This document shows, piece by piece, positions 58,131-64,000 of a DNA stretch of 64,000 nucleotides. The stretch's first letter is position 1. Each line of letters begins with the position of its first letter. This stretch comes from Candidatus Methanosuratincola verstraetei. Its GTDB lineage: Archaea > Thermoproteota > Methanomethylicia > Methanomethylicales > Methanomethylicaceae. The notes beneath the pieces are model-generated. The model ran no database searches. It was not told the origin of the DNA and saw only the letters and a program-made list of their open reading frames with translations. Both the position numbers and the translations under genes were made by a program. Location: assembly GCA_049570475.1 (NCBI GenBank), contig CP186953.1:224001-288000 (forward strand), given 5' to 3'.

Positions 58131-59381
58131 ATGGGGATGACAATTTCCGAAAAGATCCTCGCCAAAGCCTCAGGTAAGCAAAAGGTCGAGGCAGGCGAGT
58201 ACATAGTCGGCAAAATAGATCTTGCAATGATACACGACCTCACAGGCCCGCTCACCCTTAACGTTATGAAAGAGGTGGGTTACGACAAGCCCTGGGACCC
58301 TGAAAAAGTCGTGATAATACTGGATCACCAGGTCCCTGCGAACTCGACGGTTACCGCCGAGCTCCACAAGCAGCTCAGGAGTTATGCCAGGAAACACGGG
58401 CTCAAAAACTTCCACGAGGTCGGGAGGCAGGGCGTCTGCCACCAGATCCTCGCAGAGAGCTACGTCAAGCCAGGGATGCTGGTGGTCGGTGCGGACTCGC
58501 ATACATGTTCCCTCGGCGCGCTCGGCGCCTTTGCGACCGGGATCGGGTCCACAGAGATGGCATCAGTCATACTTACAGGCGAGATGTGGTTCAGGGTGCC
58601 CGAGACGATCAAATTCGAGCTCAAGAACAGGCTGAGCAAGGGCGTCTCAGCGAAGGACATCATACTGAAGATCATTGGCGACATGGGTGTGGACGGGGCA
58701 CTCTACAGGGCTGCGGAGTTCGTGGGTGACGGCATTGAATCATTGAGCGTCGACAGCAGGCTCACGATATGCAACATGGCCATCGAGATGGGGGGGAAGA
58801 CCGGGATCGTCAACCCCGACAAGAAGACGCTTGAGTACACGGGAACGAAGGGGGCACCATTAAGGAGCGATCCTGACGCAGAATATGCATCACATTACGA
58901 GATGGATCTCAGCAAATTGGAGCCCCAGGTGGCAATGCCCCACTCGGTGGACAACGTAAAGCCAGTCTCAGAGGTTGGCGAAGTCGAGGCTGATCAGGTC
59001 TTCATAGGATCGTGCACGAACGGCAGGCTCGAAGACCTGGAGGCTGCGGCATCGGTGATCCGGGGGAGGAAGGTCAAGGACGGCACCAGGCTGATTGTAA
59101 TACCGGCTTCACAAAGGATTTACCTTGAGGCCGAGAGGAGGGGATACATCAGGGAGTTCATCGAAGCAGGAGGGGTGGTATGCAACCCCAACTGCGGACC
59201 ATGCCTTGGGGGGCACATGGGCATACTCGCAGATGGCGAGACCTGCGTGAGCACATCAAACCGGAACTTCCTGGGGAGGATGGGCAGCACAGCCTCGAAG
59301 GTTTACCTCGTCTCTCCAGAGACGGCGGCAGCGACAGCAGTTGAGGGAAAGATAACCGATCCAAGGAAATACCTGAGGTGA
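58131..59381 (+). CDS. leuC: 3-isopropylmalate dehydratase/homoaconitase large subunit
   Basis: DH, GVCHQ, GADSHTC, IGSCTNGR, CGPCLG, NRNF.GR. Confidence 0.92.
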   Translation: MGMTISEKILAKASGKQKVEAGEYIVGKIDLAMIHDLTGPLTLNVMKEVGYDKPWDPEKVVIILDHQVPANSTVTAELHKQLRSYARKHGLKNFHEVGRQGVCHQILAESYVKPGMLVVGADSHTCSLGALGAFATGIGSTEMASVILTGEMWFRVPETIKFELKNRLSKGVSAKDIILKIIGDMGVDGALYRAAEFVGDGIESLSVDSRLTICNMAIEMGGKTGIVNPDKKTLEYTGTKGAPLRSDPDAEYASHYEMDLSKLEPQVAMPHSVDNVKPVSEVGEVEADQVFIGSCTNGRLEDLEAAASVIRGRKVKDGTRLIVIPASQRIYLEAERRGYIREFIEAGGVVCNPNCGPCLGGHMGILADGETCVSTSNRNFLGRMGSTASKVYLVSPETAAATAVEGKITDPRKYLR

Positions 59382-59914
59382 AAAAAATGAATGCGAGCAG
59401 CAACCGGATAATGGAAGTCAAAGGAAGGGCTTGGCTCTTCGGCGACGATATCGACACGGATGTCATTCTCCCCGGCAAGTACCTTGTGCTGACTGATCCG
59501 AATGAGTTGGCTAAGCACGCCCTCGAGGGCTTGGTGAGCGGTTTCTCATCAAAGATCTCAAAAGGGGACATCATAGTAGCGGGCAAGAACTTCGGGTGCG
59601 GATCAAGCAGGGAGCACGCCCCTCTCGCGCTGAAGTATGCCGGGGTCGGCGCAGTCGTCGCAAAGTCCTTTTCCAGGATCTTCTTCAGGAACGCTGTGAA
59701 CATTGGCCTGCCTGTGGTGATATCTAAGGAAGCCAGGGATCTTATCAAGGAAGGGGAGAAGATCAGCATCGACCTTGAAGGCGGTTTCATAACCAAGGAA
59801 GACGGTGGCAGACTCGTCGTGGACAAGTACCCTGAGTTCCTACTGGAAATCTTAAAAGATGGGGGTTTGCTACAGAACCTCAAAAGGAGATTTGACAAGG
59901 AGGCCAAAACATGA
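59378..59914 (+). CDS. leuD: 3-isopropylmalate dehydratase small subunit
   Basis: DIDTD, NFGCGSSREHA; hydrophobic YLVL loop (IPMI-type rather than YLRT homoaconitase-type). Confidence 0.9.
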   Translation: MKKMNASSNRIMEVKGRAWLFGDDIDTDVILPGKYLVLTDPNELAKHALEGLVSGFSSKISKGDIIVAGKNFGCGSSREHAPLALKYAGVGAVVAKSFSRIFFRNAVNIGLPVVISKEARDLIKEGEKISIDLEGGFITKEDGGRLVVDKYPEFLLEILKDGGLLQNLKRRFDKEAKT

Positions 59915-60918
59915 CAAAGAAATACAAGATAGCAGTCATGCCGGGCGACGGGATTGGCCCGGAGCAGACCGCTGCTACGCTGAAGATCCTTTCAGCAGTG
60001 ATGGAGACCACAGGCCCAGAGATGGAGTTCATTGAAGCTGAAGGGGGGGACGAAACCCTCAAGAAACGCGGGGAGGCCCTCCCGCAGGACTCGATAGAAA
60101 TCATCAAATCCTCGGATGCCTGCCTCAAGGGCCCTGTCGGGGAGAGCGCAGCAGATGTCATCGTGAAGCTCAGGATATTGTTTGACCTATATGCAAACCT
60201 AAGGCCTATAAAGTCATATCCGGGAGTGCAGGCACTAAGGCCTGACATCGACCTGCTAGTTGTCAGGGAAAACACCGAGGATCTCTATAAGGGATACGAG
60301 TTCAGGATTGGCGACGACACAGTCGCTCTGCGCGTCATCACCAAGAAGGGCTGTCATAGGATAGCCGAGACTGCATTCAAGTACGCAATGAAGAGAAGGA
60401 AGAAGGTAACCGCAGTGCACAAGGCAAATGTGCTTAGAGTCACGGACGGGCTGTTCAGGGACACCTGCAGGGAGGTCGCCCAGAGGTATCCCGAGGTCGC
60501 ATTCGATGAGCTGTATATCGATGCCGCAACGATGCATTTGATCAAGCGCCCTCATGAGTTCGATGTCATATGCATCACAAACATGTTCGGGGACATACTC
60601 TCTGACGAGGCTGCGCAAATAGGAGGCGGGCTCGGCATGGCAGCCGGCGCGAACATTGGCGACAAATTTGGGCTATTTGAGCCGATCCACGGATCTGCGC
60701 CGAAGCACGCAGGGAAGAACACAGCCAACCCGATATCAATGATCCTCTGCTCGAAGATGATGCTGGAATGGCTTGGGGAGGAGGCGGCCGCCAAGAAAAT
60801 TGAGGATGCAGTGATGCAAGTGCTCTCCGAGCGGCGCGTAGTCACCCCAGACCTCGGAGGGAAGTCCGGCACGACCGAGGTCGCCGAGGAGATCTCGAGG
60901 AAGATCCTCGGTCGCTAG
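59911..60918 (+). CDS. leuB: Isopropylmalate/homoisocitrate dehydrogenase family
   Basis: GDGIGPE, RENTE, HKANV, NMFGDILSD, FEPIHGSAP. Confidence 0.88.
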   Translation: MTKKYKIAVMPGDGIGPEQTAATLKILSAVMETTGPEMEFIEAEGGDETLKKRGEALPQDSIEIIKSSDACLKGPVGESAADVIVKLRILFDLYANLRPIKSYPGVQALRPDIDLLVVRENTEDLYKGYEFRIGDDTVALRVITKKGCHRIAETAFKYAMKRRKKVTAVHKANVLRVTDGLFRDTCREVAQRYPEVAFDELYIDAATMHLIKRPHEFDVICITNMFGDILSDEAAQIGGGLGMAAGANIGDKFGLFEPIHGSAPKHAGKNTANPISMILCSKMMLEWLGEEAAAKKIEDAVMQVLSERRVVTPDLGGKSGTTEVAEEISRKILGR

Positions 60919-60960
60919 TCCTATTTTACTTTTATTTTACTTTATTTTTTATTCATTTCA
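60919..60960 (+). terminator. T-rich archaeal-type terminator after the leu operon
   Basis: TATTTTACTTTTATTTTACTTTATTTTTT directly after the stop, between convergent genes. Confidence 0.55.
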
Positions 60961-60978
60961 TGCGGCTTGTCGCTCGGC

Positions 60979-61935
60979 CTACTTGGTCTCCTCGATGTCG
61001 ATTATGCCGTTCTGGGTTATTGCGAATACGCATTCGCTCTCAGGGTGCAGCGGGGAGTCGATGATCCTGGCAATCCGCCGGTTCTCCTTCGACTTCCGAA
61101 GCCAGATCCGGTAGGTCGAGCCATGAGCCAGGATGTTTCCGCCCGCCGGCTTGTTTGGATTCCCAAAGAAGACATCTGGAGACGACTGTATCTGGTTTGT
61201 CAGAACCACCGCTATGTTGTGGATGTCGGCCATCCTGAGCAGCTGGTGTATGTGTCTGTTAAGCTTCTGCTGCCTCGGGGCGAGAGACTCCCTCCCAGGG
61301 TACTCCGACCTGAAGTGGGTGATCACCGAGTCGACAATCAAGAGGCGCACGTTGTTCTCTGGGACAATCGTGACTGCCTCGTCTGCAAGAAGCATCTGGT
61401 GGTCAGAATTGTAGGCCCTGGCATAGATTATGTTGTTAAGGACTGTTTCAGGATCAAGGCCGAGCCCCTTAGCGATGCTCATGACCCTCTCGGGTCTGAA
61501 GGTCCCTTCTGTGTCGATAAAAAGCGCCCTACCCTCCAGACCTCCCCGATCAGGGGGCAGCTGCACTGAAACGCATAGCTGGTGGCAGAGCTGGGTCTTC
61601 CCGGATCCGAACTCGCCAATTAGCTCAGTTATTGCCTGAGTCTCCAACCCGCGCCCAAGGAGGGCATCAATCGCTTTCGAGCCCGTGGTCAGGTATCCGA
61701 TATTACCCCTCCTCGATAGAACCTCCTTAGCGGTCGTGAAGCGGATGTTCAGGAGGGACCTCGCATTCTTGGTTATGGTCGAAGCCTTCTCCTCAGTGAG
61801 ATCGGCAATCTCAACAAGGAGGCGAGTAGGCGCGACTGCAAGAGCTTCAACAGTAGAGATGCCTGCTGCCTTGAGCTTTTCTATGGTCGCAGGCCCCACG
61901 CCATCTACATCCTCAAGTTCATGCTTTACTGACAA
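60979..61935 (-). CDS. radA: DNA repair and recombination protein RadA
   Basis: [35 protein letters not shown]; TTG at 61935 lies downstream of a TTTAAA box. Confidence 0.96.
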   Translation of the reverse strand: MSVKHELEDVDGVGPATIEKLKAAGISTVEALAVAPTRLLVEIADLTEEKASTITKNARSLLNIRFTTAKEVLSRRGNIGYLTTGSKAIDALLGRGLETQAITELIGEFGSGKTQLCHQLCVSVQLPPDRGGLEGRALFIDTEGTFRPERVMSIAKGLGLDPETVLNNIIYARAYNSDHQMLLADEAVTIVPENNVRLLIVDSVITHFRSEYPGRESLAPRQQKLNRHIHQLLRMADIHNIAVVLTNQIQSSPDVFFGNPNKPAGGNILAHGSTYRIWLRKSKENRRIARIIDSPLHPESECVFAITQNGIIDIEETK

Positions 61936-62247
61936 GGATAAATCTTCCCCTATAAGAGGGGCGTGAAACGGAGCATTTAAACCTTTCAATCATTGGCCTC
62001 CACCGACTGTTGGCAAAAAAGCGGGCCTGTCCGCTACAGCTGACAGAAAGCTTCGGGGCAGCAGAGCGAAAGTATTTGCACCCAAAAAAGTTTAAATTTA
62101 GCAAGGTTCGGATTATAGGTTAATTCGACAGCACTCCTGAGGGATTAACAAATGGTGACCGCCTGCCAAACACTTTTTATCCTATCCTGAGCGAATGCTT
62201 TGAGTCTGAAGGGGTGCTTGAAACACGCATGATTTGGGGTATCTGAT

Positions 62248-63321
62248 ATGGGCAAGATCAAAGTGGGTATTTTGGGTTCGACGGGATCAGTCGGCCAGAG
62301 ATATGTGAACATGCTTAGGGATCACCCGTGGTTCGAGGTAGCGGCCCTCTCTGCTTCGGAGGCATCAGTTGGGAAAAAGTACAGGGAAGCCGCAAAGTGG
62401 GTGCTCGACAAGGAGATGCCAGAAGGGATGGCGGAGATGAGGATCGTCAGGGCGACCCCGACTGAGATAAAAGGGGCCGGGGCAGAGCTCGTCTTCTCCG
62501 CGCTCCCCTCGGAGGTCGCAAAGCGGACTGAGATGGATATGGCTGAAGCTGGGCTTTTCGTCGTTGCAGACACGAGTGCGCACAGGATGGATCCGGATGT
62601 CCCGCTGCTTATCCCCGAAGTGAACTTCGGACACCTCGATGCAATCGAGGCGCAAAGGAAAAAGCGGGGCGGATTCATAGTAACGGGTCCAAACTGCACC
62701 ACCATTGGCCTGGCAGTCTCTCTTAAGCCAGTCCAGGCGGAGTTCGGGCTCAGGAGGGTGCTCGTCTCTACGATGCAGGCGCTCTCAGGGGCTGGGTTCT
62801 TTGGAGTGCCGTCCATGGTGATAATTGACAACCTGATACCGTACATAAAGAACGAGGAGGAGAAGGTCGCCTCAGAACTACTCAAGATCCTGGGGAGCTT
62901 CAGGGGCGGGCACTTCGAGAATGCCAGCATAAAGGTTGGCGCCAGCTGCCACAGGGTGTGCGTGCTCGACGGGCACACTGAAGCAGTCTTCCTCGAAACC
63001 GAGAAGGCTGCCACGCCGGATGAAGTCGCTAGATGCATGGCAGATTTCGCGTCGGAGCCGCAGAGGCTTAGGCTCCCCTCCGCGCCAGAGCGGCCCATAA
63101 TTGTGAGGGATGAGCCAGACAGGCCGCAGCCGAGGCTCGACAGGCTCTCAGGGGCTCCTGAACGCGCTAAGGGCATGGCCACGGTCGTTGGCAGGATCCG
63201 GAGGGAAAGCGCGCTGGACAACGGGATCAAGTATGTGCTCCTCAGCCACAACACCATCAGAGGCGCTGCCGGGAACGCTATACTGATAGCGGAATGCCTA
63301 AAAGCAAAAGGGATCATCTGA
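62248..63321 (+). CDS. asd: Aspartate-semialdehyde dehydrogenase (archaeal type)
   Basis: GSTGSVGQ, PEVN, PNCTT, QALSGAG, DGH, HNTIRGAAG. Confidence 0.95.
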   Translation: MGKIKVGILGSTGSVGQRYVNMLRDHPWFEVAALSASEASVGKKYREAAKWVLDKEMPEGMAEMRIVRATPTEIKGAGAELVFSALPSEVAKRTEMDMAEAGLFVVADTSAHRMDPDVPLLIPEVNFGHLDAIEAQRKKRGGFIVTGPNCTTIGLAVSLKPVQAEFGLRRVLVSTMQALSGAGFFGVPSMVIIDNLIPYIKNEEEKVASELLKILGSFRGGHFENASIKVGASCHRVCVLDGHTEAVFLETEKAATPDEVARCMADFASEPQRLRLPSAPERPIIVRDEPDRPQPRLDRLSGAPERAKGMATVVGRIRRESALDNGIKYVLLSHNTIRGAAGNAILIAECLKAKGII

Positions 63322-63342
63322 TCTAACATTCTGGTGGTCTTA

Positions 63343-64000
63343 ATGAGGCTAGTAATGAAGTTCGGCGGAGCGCTGATGGAGGATGCCGAACAGATAGCCA
63401 ACTCTGCATCTCTTGTGGCAGAGAGGGCTAAGAAGGAAGATGAGGTAGTGGTCACCGTCTCCGCCATGGGCGGGGTTACGGACGAACTAATACAGATGGG
63501 CGAGAATGCCAAGCTTGGGGACATGGAAAAGGTCCGCAGTATGCTCTCGAAGCTCGAGAAGAGGCACTTAGAAGCGGCGAAAAAGCTATGCGCCGGCTCC
63601 GCCCTTGAAGAGACCTCCGAGAAGATAAGGAAACTTATAGAGACGCTGAACCAGTGCCTTACAGGCGTTTTCCTCCTCAGGGAGCTGACGCCAAGATCCA
63701 AAGATCTGATACTCTCCTTCGGGGAGCGGCTCTCGGCCCCGCTGATGAGGGGTGCGCTGGTCTCCATGGGCATCAAGTCAATTGACCTGACTGGCGGCGA
63801 GGCAGGCATAATCACCGACAGCAACTACGGCAATGCAAAGCCCCTCCTCAACATAACAGAGGTGATGGTAAAAGACAGGCTCATGCCGATTCTCAAGGCA
63901 GGCGTAGTGCCAGTGGTGACCGGCTTCATTGGCCAGGACCAGAACGGCGTTGTGACCACCCTGGGCAGGGGCGGGTCAGACTACACCGCGACCATCCTTG
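63343..64000 (+). CDS. Aspartate kinase, 3'-truncated by window edge
   Basis: MRLVMKFGG, VSAMGGVTD, SFGERLSA, TTLGRGGSDYTA. Confidence 0.93.
   Translation, partial: MRLVMKFGGALMEDAEQIANSASLVAERAKKEDEVVVTVSAMGGVTDELIQMGENAKLGDMEKVRSMLSKLEKRHLEAAKKLCAGSALEETSEKIRKLIETLNQCLTGVFLLRELTPRSKDLILSFGERLSAPLMRGALVSMGIKSIDLTGGEAGIITDSNYGNAKPLLNITEVMVKDRLMPILKAGVVPVVTGFIGQDQNGVVTTLGRGGSDYTATIL

Noticed and set aside
62322-63824. 500-aa minus-strand ORF
   Set aside because: Antisense shadow of asd and aspartate kinase
1-64000. CRISPR arrays, IS elements, integrases, tRNA/rRNA genes
   Set aside because: No regularly spaced repeats, transposase/integrase motifs or canonical tRNA/rRNA signatures seen by eye; intron-split tRNAs could have been missed

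Overview
Gene-dense archaeal chromosome segment. The gene set (type IB topoisomerase, ESCRT-III/Vps4, RadA, LysW/LysX, mevalonate kinase, GGTGA/GGAGG ribosome-binding motifs) points to a TACK-lineage archaeon, plausibly Methanomethylicia/Verstraetearchaeota; that assignment is inference. About 67 CDSs cover Moco synthesis, a large thiol/redox cluster, a LuxE/LuxC-like pair, DNA maintenance (Dpo4, Lhr, TopIB, RadA), an Opp/Dpp ABC transporter, a 2-oxoacid:ferredoxin oxidoreductase, Cdv cell division and amino-acid biosynthesis. The standout is a three-gene minus-strand operon (27463-30591). It encodes a short, apparently hingeless Smc5/6-like ATPase, an Nse4-like kleisin and an Nse3/MAGE-like KITE protein, and lies between divergent TopIB and convergent Lhr. 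There is also a likely three-hairpin box H/ACA RNA (about 24232-24472) and three small genes missed by the ORF track. No CRISPR array, tRNA, rRNA or mobile element was seen. All family calls come from motif reading by eye, not from database searches.
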